The notes under the pieces are model-generated. The model saw nothing but the letters and a program-made list of their open reading frames with translations. It searched no databases and had not been told where the DNA came from. The position numbers and the translations under genes are program-made. Shown piece after piece: positions 10,200 to 20,719 of a stretch of DNA of 64,000 nucleotides. Source of the DNA: Dechloromonas sp. (GTDB lineage: Bacteria > Pseudomonadota > Gammaproteobacteria > Burkholderiales > Rhodocyclaceae); NCBI GenBank assembly GCA_011391255.1, contig JAABQV010000004.1:97084-161083 (forward strand), written 5' to 3'. Position 1 is the first letter of the stretch. The number at the start of each line of letters is the position of its first letter.

Positions 10200-12119
10200 A
10201 TGCCTTACCTCAAATTAGCTGATGCTTGTCTCGCCTACGGCCACGTGCCGCTTCTTGACCATACTGATTTTATGCTCGACCCGGGTGAGCGCGTTGCGCT
10301 GATCGGCCGTAACGGCACCGGTAAATCCTCGCTGCTGGCGGCTTTGGCGGCTGGCTCTGGGCGCGGCAAGCTCGATGATGGCGAGGTCTGGGTACAGCCC
10401 GGCATTCGTGTTGGCTACGTGCCGCAGGAGCCACCTTTCGACATGGACGCTACCGTCTTCGAGGCGGTGGTTTCCGGCATGGGCGAAACCTCGAAGATTC
10501 TTGCTGAATATCATGACGTGGTGCATCACCTGTCCGAAGGTACCGGTGATCAGGATGATCTGCTGGCGCGCATGGAAACCCTGCAGCATGAGTTGGAGTC
10601 GCGCGGTGCCTGGGCTTATGAGGCGCAGGCCGAGAAGGTGATCGACCGTTTTGGCCTGGACCCCGAAGCCAATGTCGGCAGTCTGTCCGGTGGTCAGAAA
10701 AAACGTCTGGCGCTGGCGCAGGCGCTGGCTGTCGCGCCGGAAGTTTTGCTGCTTGATGAACCAACCAATCACCTCGATATCGCGGCCATCGAATGGCTGG
10801 AAAACCTGTTGATCGAAACCGGTACCACCTTGTTATTCATCACCCATGACCGTTCATTCCTCAATCGGGTCTGTACCCGCATCGTTGAGTTGGATCGCGG
10901 CAAGCTGGTCAGCTTCCCGGGTACTTTTGCCGAGTATCAGGCGCGCAAGGAAGCCTTGCTGCATGAAGAAGGTTTAGCCAACGCACGGGCCGACAAGCTG
11001 CTCAAGGAAGAGGAAGTCTGGATCCGCAAAGGCGTTGAAGCGCGGCGTACGCGGGCGGTTTTCCGCGTCCAGCGTCTGGATATTTTGCGGGCTGAACGTC
11101 AAGCGCGGCGCGAGCGCATGGGCAAGGTCAATCTGCAACTCGATTCCGGCGACAAGAGCGGCAAACTGGTCTCTGAACTCGAACATGTCAGCAAGTCTTA
11201 CGGTCAACGGCCAATTGTTCGTGATTTTTCGGCGCGTATTCAGCGCGGCGACAAGATTGGTGTGATCGGCCCCAACGGTGCCGGAAAAACCACTTTGTTG
11301 CGCATGATACTTGGCGAATTGCAGCCGGATAGTGGCATCGTGCGCCAAGGAACGAAGATCGATGTTGCCTACTTTGACCAGTTCCGTACCCAGCTGAATC
11401 CCGATTCAACCCTGATCGACGTCATTTCACCGGGCTCGGATTTCGTTGAAATTGGCGGTGCACGCAAGCATGTGATCGGCTACCTCGAGGACTTCCTCTT
11501 CGCGCCCGAGCGCTCGCGCTCGCCGGTTAGTTCATTGTCCGGTGGTGAGCGTAATCGCCTGCTACTGGCTCGCCTGTTTGCCAAGCCGGCGAATGTGCTG
11601 GTGCTTGACGAGCCAACCAACGACCTCGATATCGAAACACTGGAATTGCTCGAAGAGTTGCTGGCCAAGTACGAAGGTACGCTGTTCCTCGTCAGCCACG
11701 ACCGGACCTTTCTCGACAATGTCGTGACGCAAACGATAGCCGCAGAAGGTGACGGTGGCTGGCGCGAATACGCCGGTGGCTACAGTGATTGGGCGAATTA
11801 CAAGGCGAGCGTGCAGAAAGAGGAGAGCGCGCGACTGAAAGCCGAGTCAAAAGCACCGGTCAAAGCGGCTGAGCCAGCCAGACCAAAACTGGAGAAGCTG
11901 TCCTGGAAAGAACAGAAGGAGTTGGAAGGCTTGCCGGCGAAAATTGCCGCACTTGAGGGTGAGCAGTCTGATTTAAGCCAGCGTCTGGCCGATACAAAAA
12001 TCTATCAGAGTGATCCGGATGGCGCGCAACAGGCGGTGACACGTTTGGCAGCGATTGACGACGAATTGCTTGACTGCCTCGAGCGCTGGGAGATGCTTGA
12101 AGCGCGCGCGGCCGGCTGA
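10200..12119 (+). CDS. uup: ABC-F family ATPase Uup
   Basis: Two ABC cassettes (GRNGTGKS, GPNGAGKT, LSGG, LLDEPTNHLD) and a C-terminal KLSWKEQKEL coiled coil. Confidence 0.88.
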   Translation: MPYLKLADACLAYGHVPLLDHTDFMLDPGERVALIGRNGTGKSSLLAALAAGSGRGKLDDGEVWVQPGIRVGYVPQEPPFDMDATVFEAVVSGMGETSKILAEYHDVVHHLSEGTGDQDDLLARMETLQHELESRGAWAYEAQAEKVIDRFGLDPEANVGSLSGGQKKRLALAQALAVAPEVLLLDEPTNHLDIAAIEWLENLLIETGTTLLFITHDRSFLNRVCTRIVELDRGKLVSFPGTFAEYQARKEALLHEEGLANARADKLLKEEEVWIRKGVEARRTRAVFRVQRLDILRAERQARRERMGKVNLQLDSGDKSGKLVSELEHVSKSYGQRPIVRDFSARIQRGDKIGVIGPNGAGKTTLLRMILGELQPDSGIVRQGTKIDVAYFDQFRTQLNPDSTLIDVISPGSDFVEIGGARKHVIGYLEDFLFAPERSRSPVSSLSGGERNRLLLARLFAKPANVLVLDEPTNDLDIETLELLEELLAKYEGTLFLVSHDRTFLDNVVTQTIAAEGDGGWREYAGGYSDWANYKASVQKEESARLKAESKAPVKAAEPARPKLEKLSWKEQKELEGLPAKIAALEGEQSDLSQRLADTKIYQSDPDGAQQAVTRLAAIDDELLDCLERWEMLEARAAG

Positions 12120-12983
12120 TTACACATGATCGACCTCGGCGCCATCTGCCTCGCGGGCTGGCATCGGGTCCACGCCAATGCGCTGGCGCACCGCTTCCGG
12201 GGTGATGTTGAGCAACAGCCCGATCTCGATGTAGTCGTCCGGCAACGCCGGATTGTCCCAGCCATTGGCTGAGTGGCGGGCCAAGCGGACGGCAAGTGCA
12301 ACGTTACGCTCGCGTAAATTGCTGCTGTTCTCATCACTGATCAGATTTTGCAGCAGCTCAGGCAGGTGCCAGGCCTTGATCAGTTCCTTCTGAATATCCT
12401 GAAAGGTCATGCCCAGCGTGTTGAGCTGCGCATCATTGCTGCGCAGCGTCGGATGAGCCAGTTGCTGGGCGCGTATTTCCAGCCCCAGGTCAGGCGCAAA
12501 AGACCATACCAGTAACTCTGCCAGATCATGCAACAAGGCAGCAATGCGGACTTCTTCCATATTCACATCGTTCCGCCAGATTGCCCATTCCTGCGCATAA
12601 TCGGCGGCGCGCTGGGCACGCCTGATGATCTGCAGGACACCGAGCAGTCCATGCTGATCGCGCCCCTTGAGCATACCTTCAACAGTAATCAGATCGTTGA
12701 AGTGCTTGAAGAAAGGCTCAACGCCAATCATCATCACAGCGCTGGCGACAGTGGTGATGTCGCGTTGCAGTGAGCGACTACTGATCGACTGTGTCAGAGA
12801 AAAAACGCGCGCTGTCATCAGCGGATCTTGAATGGCTATAAGGGAAAGTCCGCGCGCATCAACATCGTCCATGTGCAGGCGCATTTCGTCGATGCGGCGC
12901 TTGGTGACCCGTAGCACCGGCACGCTGTTCTCGCTAAAGTGCGATACCCAGGCATTGATGTCCGCTAAGGGATGGTCGAGCAT
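12120..12983 (-). CDS. HDOD-domain protein
   Basis: QDPLMTARV, AVMMIG, AALLHDLAEL, AWHLPE HDOD features. Confidence 0.82.
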   Translation of the reverse strand: MLDHPLADINAWVSHFSENSVPVLRVTKRRIDEMRLHMDDVDARGLSLIAIQDPLMTARVFSLTQSISSRSLQRDITTVASAVMMIGVEPFFKHFNDLITVEGMLKGRDQHGLLGVLQIIRRAQRAADYAQEWAIWRNDVNMEEVRIAALLHDLAELLVWSFAPDLGLEIRAQQLAHPTLRSNDAQLNTLGMTFQDIQKELIKAWHLPELLQNLISDENSSNLRERNVALAVRLARHSANGWDNPALPDDYIEIGLLLNITPEAVRQRIGVDPMPAREADGAEVDHV

Positions 12984-13087
12984 GCTGTATTTCCGTGAAA
13001 TGGCGCTACGCCGAGTTTAAGGGGGGAGGCGGGGGTGAGCAAGTTCGCTCATGCGATAATGCGTTTTTTTGATCAATTGTTGACATC

Positions 13088-13729
13088 ATGCGCTATGCCA
13101 TCGTTCCGGTAACTCCCTTTGAGCAGAATTGCACTATTTTCTGGTGCGAAAAAACCCGTCAGGCAGCGGTGATTGATCCGGGTGGTGACGTCGACCGCAT
13201 TCAGCAGTTGCTCGCCGATGAAAAGCTGACGCTCGCGAAAATACTGGTAACGCACGGCCATATCGACCATGCAGGCGCAGTAGCGGCGCTTGCCGAGTTG
13301 ACTGGTGTGCCGATTGAAGGGCCGCACACCGAAGACAGTTTCTGGATTGATGGCATGCCGCAGCAAAGCAAGATGTTTGGTTTTCCTGACGTGAAAACCT
13401 TTGTGCCGACCCGCTGGCTGGTCGCGGGTGACAAGGTGAGTTTTGGCGAAGTCGAGCTCGACGTACTGCATTGCCCCGGGCACACGCCGGGGCATGTGGT
13501 CTTTTTCCATGCCCCGAGCAAGCTGGCACAGGTCGGTGATGTGTTGTTTCAGGGCTCGATCGGACGCACCGATTTTCCTCGCGGTGATCACGAAACGCTG
13601 ATTCGCTCAATCCACGAACAACTTTTCCCGCTCGGCGATGATGTTGAGTTCATCCCAGGTCATGGCCCGATGTCGACTTTCGGCGAGGAGCGCCGCTACA
13701 ACCCGTTTCTTAGCGGGAGGTTCGGCTAG
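13088..13729 (+). CDS. Metallo-beta-lactamase-fold hydrolase (YcbL/GloC family)
   Basis: [31 protein letters not shown] motifs. Confidence 0.88.
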   Translation: MRYAIVPVTPFEQNCTIFWCEKTRQAAVIDPGGDVDRIQQLLADEKLTLAKILVTHGHIDHAGAVAALAELTGVPIEGPHTEDSFWIDGMPQQSKMFGFPDVKTFVPTRWLVAGDKVSFGEVELDVLHCPGHTPGHVVFFHAPSKLAQVGDVLFQGSIGRTDFPRGDHETLIRSIHEQLFPLGDDVEFIPGHGPMSTFGEERRYNPFLSGRFG

Positions 13730-14886
13730 GACGCATCCTCGGCAGGCGGATTGATTTTCTCTGCCCAGCTCAGTGCTTCAAGTTGGGCGTCAACGTAGTC
13801 AACACCGCTAAACGGCAGCGCCGCCAGGGCATCAGCCGCTGCCGAAAAGTCCCGCACATCGGCAGCGCTGATCAGCTTGAGTAGTTGCCCCAGCCCCCCT
13901 TGATGGCTTGCCAGTGCGAGGCTAACCGGTTCCGGCAGGGATAGTTGCTGGAGAACTTCACTGATCGACATATTCAGCAGCACATCGAGCAGAGAGAACG
14001 AGCCGATCATGAAGGCGGCGTCGTTGAGGTATTCGAGCTCTGGCGCGGGGCTGAGCCGGCTGGATAGAATTTCCATCAGGCGCCCGCGCGCCGCCGCTTT
14101 TTGGAGTAGTGGGCTGGGGTGCTGGCCGTTGTTCGGGTCAGCATAAACCAATAGCTGGATCCAGCGCTGCAACTGCCGGCGCCCGAGCAGATTGATTGCC
14201 TGCGAGAAGCTGGAGATCGGTGCGCGCGGAGCATTGGCGGCCGAATTGACGAGGCGTAGCAGGCTGTAGGAAAGCTTCGGCTCCTGGCGCAAAACCGCTT
14301 CCAGCGCTTCGGTGTCAGCATCAGCAGCGATCAGGCTCAGTATTTTAAGGAGTTTGAGTCGAGTAAGGTCGGCCTTGCCAGCGGCGCTCGTGCGTTTCGT
14401 CAGAAACTCTGTGGTGCTGAGGGTGCAATGATTGTCTTGCGACCAGTGGTGGTCGCCGTGCGTTTGAATATCGGTGGCAACCACTGTGGTGCGGCTGGCC
14501 AGGCCTAGCAGTGAGTAAGGCGGTAAGGTGTGAGCGTGGCCGATGCCGATTACCAGATAATTCCAGGTGCCGGTGGCCGGCATCTTGTCGCGTGGTGATA
14601 CGGCGATTCCCAGCACCCGCTTGGTCGCGCGAAAGCCTGCTTCAACTTCCCCGATTTTATTCGCTGCAATAAAGAGAGGAACAATACGTTGATTGAGGCC
14701 GGGATTTTCGGCCAGCGCGGCGACAGGAATCAACCAGGGATGGCGAGGATTGAATTCACTTAGCCGCGGGCTGTTGATCAGATGCTGAAGTGCTTCACCT
14801 TCATGGCTGCCCTCAACCAGGTAGCCGGCACAGTCGTCGGTTTTGCCTAACAGCGGATGAATAAGGAGCAAGTCTGGCGTCGGCAT
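13726..14886 (-). CDS. HDOD-domain protein (YuxH/CdgJ-like C-terminus, no recognisable EAL motif)
   Basis: [41 protein letters not shown]; start MPTPD at 14886. Confidence 0.75.
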   Translation of the reverse strand: MPTPDLLLIHPLLGKTDDCAGYLVEGSHEGEALQHLINSPRLSEFNPRHPWLIPVAALAENPGLNQRIVPLFIAANKIGEVEAGFRATKRVLGIAVSPRDKMPATGTWNYLVIGIGHAHTLPPYSLLGLASRTTVVATDIQTHGDHHWSQDNHCTLSTTEFLTKRTSAAGKADLTRLKLLKILSLIAADADTEALEAVLRQEPKLSYSLLRLVNSAANAPRAPISSFSQAINLLGRRQLQRWIQLLVYADPNNGQHPSPLLQKAAARGRLMEILSSRLSPAPELEYLNDAAFMIGSFSLLDVLLNMSISEVLQQLSLPEPVSLALASHQGGLGQLLKLISAADVRDFSAAADALAALPFSGVDYVDAQLEALSWAEKINPPAEDAS

Positions 14887-15008
14887 GTGAGCTTTCTTGA
14901 TATTTGAAATCGATATTAGCAAAATCCAGCAGCATTTTGGCGGATACAAACCTGCCTGTTTGCGGTCGACGGCGAAAATAGGTCAAAAATGCTTCGTATA
15001 ATCGTTCT

Positions 15009-15626
15009 ATGACTCCTTCTTACTGGCAACAGGCTTCCCGCGAACTGGCCACCGGCGATCCGCAGATGGCTGAATTGGTTGAGCGCTTCAGCGATGTCGG
15101 ACTGGCCTCGCGCGGCGACCCGTTTTCAACCCTGGCGCGTTCGGTGGTTGGCCAGCAGATTTCGGTCAAGGCAGCTGATGCGGTCTGGACCAGGTTTTCC
15201 GCCTGCGTTGGTACGGTAACACCGGAGGCAGTTCAAGCAGCGGGAATTTCGGGGTTGGCCGGATGTGGCTTGTCGCAGCGCAAAATCGAGTACTTGTCTG
15301 ATCTCGCCGGACATTTTGCCAGCGGCCGTCTCGAACCGGCACGCTGGAATACGATGAGCGACGCCGGCGTGATCGACGAATTGACCGAGGTGCGTGGTAT
15401 CGGCCGGTGGACGGCGGAGATGTTTCTGATTTTCAACCAATTGCGCCCGGATATCTTCCCGCTCGACGATATTGGTTTGCAGCGGGCTATTTTTGAACGC
15501 TATTTTGGTGGCGAAAAACAGACGCTGAAAATTCTGCATGCCTACGGCGAACGTTGGCGTCCATGGCGTTCGGTCGCTACCTGGTATCTGTGGCGCTATC
15601 TCGATCCGGTTTTGGTTGAGTATTAA
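15009..15626 (+). CDS. DNA-3-methyladenine glycosylase (AlkA-like, HhH-GPD)
   Basis: SVVGQQIS, VRGIGRWTAEMFLIF, PLDDIG, WRPWRS. Confidence 0.88.
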   Translation: MTPSYWQQASRELATGDPQMAELVERFSDVGLASRGDPFSTLARSVVGQQISVKAADAVWTRFSACVGTVTPEAVQAAGISGLAGCGLSQRKIEYLSDLAGHFASGRLEPARWNTMSDAGVIDELTEVRGIGRWTAEMFLIFNQLRPDIFPLDDIGLQRAIFERYFGGEKQTLKILHAYGERWRPWRSVATWYLWRYLDPVLVEY

Positions 15627-15682
15627 GCGAGCTTTTTTGCCTTTGAGGTAAAATATTGCCGAATCAAGATAACGGGCTGTCC

Positions 15683-16651
15683 ATGAAAACAAGTTTCCTC
15701 GACTTCGAACAATCGCTTGCTGAACTCGAAGCCAAGATAGAAGAATTCCGCAGCGTTCAGGATGATTCGGCGGTTGATATCTCGAAAGAGATTGACCAGC
15801 TTGAAGCCAAGAGCGATCAGTTGACCAAGGAAATCTACGCCAAGCTGACACCGTGGCAGATTTCCCAGGTCTCGCGCCACCCGCAGCGCCCTTACACGCT
15901 GGATTATCTGTCGCTGATTTTTACCGATTTTGAAGAGCTGCATGGTGATCGTGCCTTTGCCGATGATCACGCCATCGTTGGTGGCATGGCGCGACTCAAT
16001 GGCCAGCCGGTGATGGTGATCGGTCACCAAAAGGGTCGCGACACCAAGGAAAAAATCTTCCGCAATTTCGGCATGCCGCGTCCGGAAGGTTACCGCAAGG
16101 CTTTGCGCCTGATGAAACTGGCCGAAAAATTCGGCATGCCGGTGCTCACTTTTGTTGACACGCCCGGTGCTTATCCCGGCATTGACGCTGAAGAACGTGG
16201 CCAGTCCGAGGCTATCGGCCGCAATCTTTATGTGATGGCCGAGTTGAAGGTGCCAATCATCGTCACCATTATCGGTGAAGGCGGCTCCGGCGGTGCGCTG
16301 GCTATTGCCGTCGGCGATCTCGTGCAGATGCTGCAAAACTCAACCTATTCGGTGATTTCGCCCGAGGGTTGCGCAACGATACTCTGGAAGAGTGCCGAGC
16401 GTGCGCCAGAGGCTGCTGAAACCATGGGCATCACCGCGCAGCGCCTGAAATCATTGGGCTTGATCGACAAGATCGTCCCCGAGCCGCTCGGCGGCGCACA
16501 TCGCGACCATGTTGCGATGGCCAATAGTCTCAAAAAATCGCTGCTAGAAGCGCTCAAGCATTACACCGCGATGCCGACCAGCGAGTTGCTGGAAAATCGT
16601 TTCGAGCGCTTGATGAGCTACGGTCGTTTCAAGGAACAAGCTGTCAAATGA
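15683..16651 (+). CDS. accA: Acetyl-CoA carboxylase carboxyltransferase alpha subunit
   Basis: [38 protein letters not shown]. Confidence 0.97.
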   Translation: MKTSFLDFEQSLAELEAKIEEFRSVQDDSAVDISKEIDQLEAKSDQLTKEIYAKLTPWQISQVSRHPQRPYTLDYLSLIFTDFEELHGDRAFADDHAIVGGMARLNGQPVMVIGHQKGRDTKEKIFRNFGMPRPEGYRKALRLMKLAEKFGMPVLTFVDTPGAYPGIDAEERGQSEAIGRNLYVMAELKVPIIVTIIGEGGSGGALAIAVGDLVQMLQNSTYSVISPEGCATILWKSAERAPEAAETMGITAQRLKSLGLIDKIVPEPLGGAHRDHVAMANSLKKSLLEALKHYTAMPTSELLENRFERLMSYGRFKEQAVK

Positions 16652-16652
16652 T

Positions 16653-17591
16653 TTGCTGAGCCGGGTCGGAGACTTTGTCGCGGCCCGCACGACCAAGGAT
16701 GAGCCGCTGCTGGTCGGGCTCTCCGGCGGTTGTGACTCGGTGGTATTGCTGCATCTGCTGGCCTCTCTCGGCCTCGGTGCAAGGATCTCAGCGCTGCATG
16801 TACATCACGGCCTTTCGCCCAATGCCGATCAATGGGCGGATTTTTGCACCGGTTTTTGCCAAAGACTCGATTTGCCCTTGCGTGTAGCGAGGGTTACGGT
16901 CAACCCGGAATCCGGGCATGGAATCGAGGCGGCTGCACGTCGTGAGCGTTATGCGGCATTTGCTGAATCCGGCAGTTCTGCGATTTTCCTCGCCCACCAT
17001 CAAGGTGATCAGGCCGAAACTCTGCTCTTCAATTTGTTGCGTGGCAGCGGTGTTGCCGGTGCGGCGGCGATGGCAGATGAGCGCCGGCATGGCGAGTTGC
17101 GCATCCTGCGTCCCCTGTTGCCGGTGCCGCGCGCCGACTTGCTTACTTACGCAGAGGCCAACCGGCTTGAGTGGATAGATGACGAAAGTAACGACGACAC
17201 GGCCTTTTCCCGAAATTTTTTGCGCCACGAGGTGTTGAGCGTTATCAATCAACGCTTTCCATCTGCCGAGCGAAATCTGGCGCAGGCCGCCCGTCATTTT
17301 TCAGAAGCGGCAAGTTTGCTTGATGAACTGGCTGCCGGTGACTGGCAAATGGCGAGCGAGGGCGAGGCGCTAAATTTGAGCCGATTACGGACGTTGACCG
17401 CAACACGCATCAAAAACTTGCTGCGTTATCGCCTGCGCCAGCTTTCCTGGCAGGTGCCGGTCAGTGCCCGGCTGGAAGAATTCGTCCGGCAGTTGCAAAG
17501 CGCCGGCGCGGATCGCCATCCCGAGCTAAAACTCAGCGCCGGCATCATGCGAGCCGGCAAAGGGCGCTTGCTCTGGGTCGCCAATAAATAA
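16653..17591 (+). CDS. tilS: tRNA(Ile)-lysidine synthetase (short form)
   Basis: PP-loop LSGGCDS, HVHHGL, AHHQGDQAET, RPLL, RNFLRH; follows accA. Confidence 0.92.
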   Translation: MLSRVGDFVAARTTKDEPLLVGLSGGCDSVVLLHLLASLGLGARISALHVHHGLSPNADQWADFCTGFCQRLDLPLRVARVTVNPESGHGIEAAARRERYAAFAESGSSAIFLAHHQGDQAETLLFNLLRGSGVAGAAAMADERRHGELRILRPLLPVPRADLLTYAEANRLEWIDDESNDDTAFSRNFLRHEVLSVINQRFPSAERNLAQAARHFSEAASLLDELAAGDWQMASEGEALNLSRLRTLTATRIKNLLRYRLRQLSWQVPVSARLEEFVRQLQSAGADRHPELKLSAGIMRAGKGRLLWVANK

Positions 17592-17669
17592 CATTCTGTT
17601 ACCAAGCGACGTTTCGCAGTCAGACCCCATAAGTTACAATCTGAGGATTACTTTTTTGCTCATAAAGCC

Positions 17670-18548
17670 ATGATTACTGGATCCATAGTCGCCATTGTTA
17701 CGCCGATGCAAGAGGATGGCAGCCTCGACCTCGGTTCCCTGCGCAAGCTCGTCGATTTTCACGTCCAGGAGGGCACTGATGCCATCGTCGTCGTTGGCAC
17801 CTCAGGCGAGTCGCCGACGGTCAATGTTGATGAACACTGCGAGCTGATTCGCGTCACGGTAGATCATGTTGCCGGCCGCGTGCCCGTCATCGCCGGCACC
17901 GGTGCCAACTCGACCCGCGAAGCCATCGAGTTGACCGAGTTCGCCAAAAAGGCCGGTGCCGACATGGCGCTGTCGGTCGTCCCCTATTACAACAAGCCGA
18001 CCCAGGAAGGCCTCTACCAGCATTTCAAGGCGATTGCCGAAGCAGTCGAGTTGCCGGTGCTGCTCTACAACGTACCGGGTCGCACGGTGGCTGATATGTC
18101 CAACGACACCATCCTGCGCCTGGCGCAGGTGCCGGGTATTGTCGGGGTCAAAGATGCGACCGGCAATCTGGATCGTGCCTGTGACCTGATCGCCCGCGCC
18201 CCAAAAGATTTTGGACTGTATAGCGGTGACGACATGACCTGTGTTGCCTCGATCATGCTTGGTTTTCACGGCAATATTTCAGTCACTGCCAACGTCGCCC
18301 CGCGCCTCATGCACGAGATGTGTGTTGCAGCGGCTGCCGGTGATGTTGCCAAGGCTCGCGAAATCCATTTTAAGCTGCTCGGCCTGCATCGCGATCTGTT
18401 CTGCGAAGCTAATCCGATCCCGGTCAAGTGGGCGGTTCAACAACTTGGTTTGATCCCGGGTGGCATTCGTTTGCCACTCACCCCGCTGTCTGATGCTAAC
18501 CATCCCCGGGTTCGCGCAGCAATGCAGCAAGCCGGCCTAATGGCCTGA
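17670..18548 (+). CDS. dapA: 4-hydroxy-tetrahydrodipicolinate synthase
   Basis: [21 protein letters not shown] Schiff-base lysine, NPIPVK. Confidence 0.97.
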   Translation: MITGSIVAIVTPMQEDGSLDLGSLRKLVDFHVQEGTDAIVVVGTSGESPTVNVDEHCELIRVTVDHVAGRVPVIAGTGANSTREAIELTEFAKKAGADMALSVVPYYNKPTQEGLYQHFKAIAEAVELPVLLYNVPGRTVADMSNDTILRLAQVPGIVGVKDATGNLDRACDLIARAPKDFGLYSGDDMTCVASIMLGFHGNISVTANVAPRLMHEMCVAAAAGDVAKAREIHFKLLGLHRDLFCEANPIPVKWAVQQLGLIPGGIRLPLTPLSDANHPRVRAAMQQAGLMA

Positions 18549-18558
18549 CGGAGTGATT

Positions 18559-19686
18559 ATGAATCAACGGCTTTCCCGCCTCACTTTAGCGTTACTGGCA
18601 ATTTTTGCTGCCAGTTGCACCATACTTCCCGAAACTCCGAAGATTGAATACAAATCGGCTGCAGGCAAAGTTCCGACCCTGGAGGTGCCACCCGATCTTT
18701 CGCAGATCACCAAGGATGACCGTTTTGCGGTACCCGATGCCGCCGGCAAGGGCTCGGCTACCTTCTCCGCTTACACAGCGGATCGCTCGCCAGCAGCGCA
18801 GGCGCAAAATTCAGTCGTCTTGCCAGCAGTGGAAAAGGTACGTGTTGAGCGCTCGGGCAATCAGCGCTGGCTGGTCGTTGCTCTCCCGGCCGACAAATTG
18901 TGGGATACGGTCAAGGATTTCTGGCAGGAAACCGGCTTTCTGGTCAATATCGAACGCCCTGACGCCGGCGTGATGGAAACCGATTGGGCAGAAAATCGCG
19001 CCAAGATTGGTGGCGACATTATTCGTAACACATTAGGAAAATTCCTTGATTCGCTCTATTCAACCGGTGAGCGGGATAAATTCCGCACCCGTTTTGAACA
19101 GGGTGCAGAACCTGGCAGTACGGATATTTTCATCAGCCATCGTGGTATGGAAGAGGTCTATACCTCTTCCGCGAAAGAAGATACACGCTGGCAGCCGCGC
19201 CAGCCCGATCCCGAGCTTGAGGCTGAAATGCTGCGTCGGCTTATGGTGCGTCTTGGCAGTGAAGAGAAACGTGCTTCTGCGGCAGTGGAAACTGCCAAGG
19301 CTGAGCCGCGCGCCAAATTGGCCAAGGCTGATGATGGATCAGGTACGCTTGAGGTGCTTGAACGTTTTGACCGCGCCTGGCGTCGTGTTGGCTTGGCGCT
19401 CGACCGCGTTGGCTTTACCGTTGAAGACCGTGATCGTTCAAAAGGCCTCTACTTTGTGCGCTACGTCGATCCCGAAGCAGACAACACCAAGAAAGATACC
19501 GGCATGATGTCCAAGCTGGCCTTTTGGAAGAAAGCGGATTCGACAGATACCAAGGTTCAGTATCGTATCTATGTGCGTGATAGCGGCAATCGCACGGTTG
19601 TTCAGGTCTTGTCGAGTGAGGGTGGTGTCGATAAATCGGATACTTCCAAGAAAATTCTCGGGCTCTTGTACGAGCAACTGCAGTAA
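18559..19686 (+). CDS. bamC: Outer-membrane assembly lipoprotein BamC (NlpB/DapX)
   Basis: Lipobox AASC, LEVPPDL, METDWAENR, RAWRRVGLALDR; conserved position after dapA. Confidence 0.88.
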   Translation: MNQRLSRLTLALLAIFAASCTILPETPKIEYKSAAGKVPTLEVPPDLSQITKDDRFAVPDAAGKGSATFSAYTADRSPAAQAQNSVVLPAVEKVRVERSGNQRWLVVALPADKLWDTVKDFWQETGFLVNIERPDAGVMETDWAENRAKIGGDIIRNTLGKFLDSLYSTGERDKFRTRFEQGAEPGSTDIFISHRGMEEVYTSSAKEDTRWQPRQPDPELEAEMLRRLMVRLGSEEKRASAAVETAKAEPRAKLAKADDGSGTLEVLERFDRAWRRVGLALDRVGFTVEDRDRSKGLYFVRYVDPEADNTKKDTGMMSKLAFWKKADSTDTKVQYRIYVRDSGNRTVVQVLSSEGGVDKSDTSKKILGLLYEQLQ

Positions 19687-19701
19687 AACCACGAATCATC
19701 G

Positions 19702-19725
19702 AAAGGCTCCTTCGGGAGCTTTTTT
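19702..19725 (+). terminator. Intrinsic terminator of the dapA-bamC operon
   Basis: aaaggctcc-TTCG-ggagc followed by a T run. Confidence 0.8.
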
Positions 19726-19745
19726 ATTTCACTAAATTTTTGACG

Positions 19746-19772
19746 AAAAAAACGGGGCAGAGCCCCGTTTTT
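19746..19772. terminator. Bidirectional terminator hairpin
   Basis: A7-cggggc-aga-gccccg-T5. Confidence 0.75.
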
Positions 19773-19787
19773 ATTATGCGAGAAGAA

Positions 19788-20063
19788 TTACTTCTTCATT
19801 GCGTCAGCAGCAACACCTTTGCCGGCTTCGACAACAGCTTTGGCTGCGTCGGCAGCAGCAGGAGCGGCCGGAGCAGCAGCTTCGGCTGGCTTTGCGGCTT
19901 CAGCCGGGGCGGCAGGAGCGGCCGGGGCGGCAGCAGGAGCGGCCGGAGCAGCAACCGGAGCCGGAGCAGCAGCAGGAGCAGGAGCAGCCGGAGCTTCCGG
20001 AGCTTTACCACAGGCAGACAGAGCAGCAGCAAGCAGAGCAGCAACGAGGATTGACTTATTCAT
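19788..20063 (-). CDS. Small Ala/Pro-rich lipoprotein
   Basis: Signal peptide with lipobox LSAC, then PAAPA repeats; SD ggggga-like upstream; own terminator. Confidence 0.75.
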   Translation of the reverse strand: MNKSILVAALLAAALSACGKAPEAPAAPAPAAAPAPVAAPAAPAAAPAAPAAPAEAAKPAEAAAPAAPAAADAAKAVVEAGKGVAADAMKK

Positions 20064-20191
20064 GGGGGGATTTCCTTATCGACAAGTTACAGAATAAAAA
20101 ATTCTAAATTTGAGTTGATCGGTAACTCCAATCAGTTCCCGATTGTATCAATATTTGCGGCGTTTGTTGCACTGCGCCAACGATTGGTCGT

Positions 20192-20668
20192 CTAAAGCCC
20201 CAAGTTTGTCGTTCCTACAACGTTGCCCGGGCTAGCCCAGATTTCCTCAAAGCGCTGCAGGTAAGGTCTGATGGCATCCGCTTCGTCGATCAGCAACTTG
20301 CTGCGGGCTTGGTCACGGTCAAAACGTATCAGCCCGTGCTGGTTGTCGACCAGAATCATGGCATCACGCAAGGAAGCCAGTTGTTCACTGGTTTCCTGAA
20401 CGGTGACGATATGGGCATAAACCGCGAATAGTTGCAGCAGTTGGCTTTGTTGCCGGCGCATTGGTTCAGCGTCGCGGACGGCGATTCGGATACTGTTTGG
20501 CTGCGCCGATTGCAGCAAAACCTTGAGCCAGTTAAGGCGAGCCGGTTCATGCAGGCGCAGTTTGACGAGATCCTCGTCATAGATCAGCAATTTGCGTTGA
20601 GCCAGCCCAAGCAGTCGTTCAGTGGCTGCTTGATGGGCGCTCCAGTCGGTGATGAGTTCGCGTGACAT
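20192..20668 (-). CDS. Conserved hypothetical protein
   Basis: 158-aa ORF with normal codon usage, divergent from rlmD; no firm family call. Confidence 0.65.
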   Translation of the reverse strand: MSRELITDWSAHQAATERLLGLAQRKLLIYDEDLVKLRLHEPARLNWLKVLLQSAQPNSIRIAVRDAEPMRRQQSQLLQLFAVYAHIVTVQETSEQLASLRDAMILVDNQHGLIRFDRDQARSKLLIDEADAIRPYLQRFEEIWASPGNVVGTTNLGL

Positions 20669-20719
20669 GGCGGTGATTTTAACGGATTGTTAGAATTCGT
20701 GCTTTTTTGGGAGTTGACC

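Noticed and set aside
16648-16659. ATGA overlap after accA opens only M-I-C-stop, suggesting a tilS frameshift
   Set aside because: An in-frame TTG at 16653 gives a complete TilS N-terminus, so no frameshift is needed.
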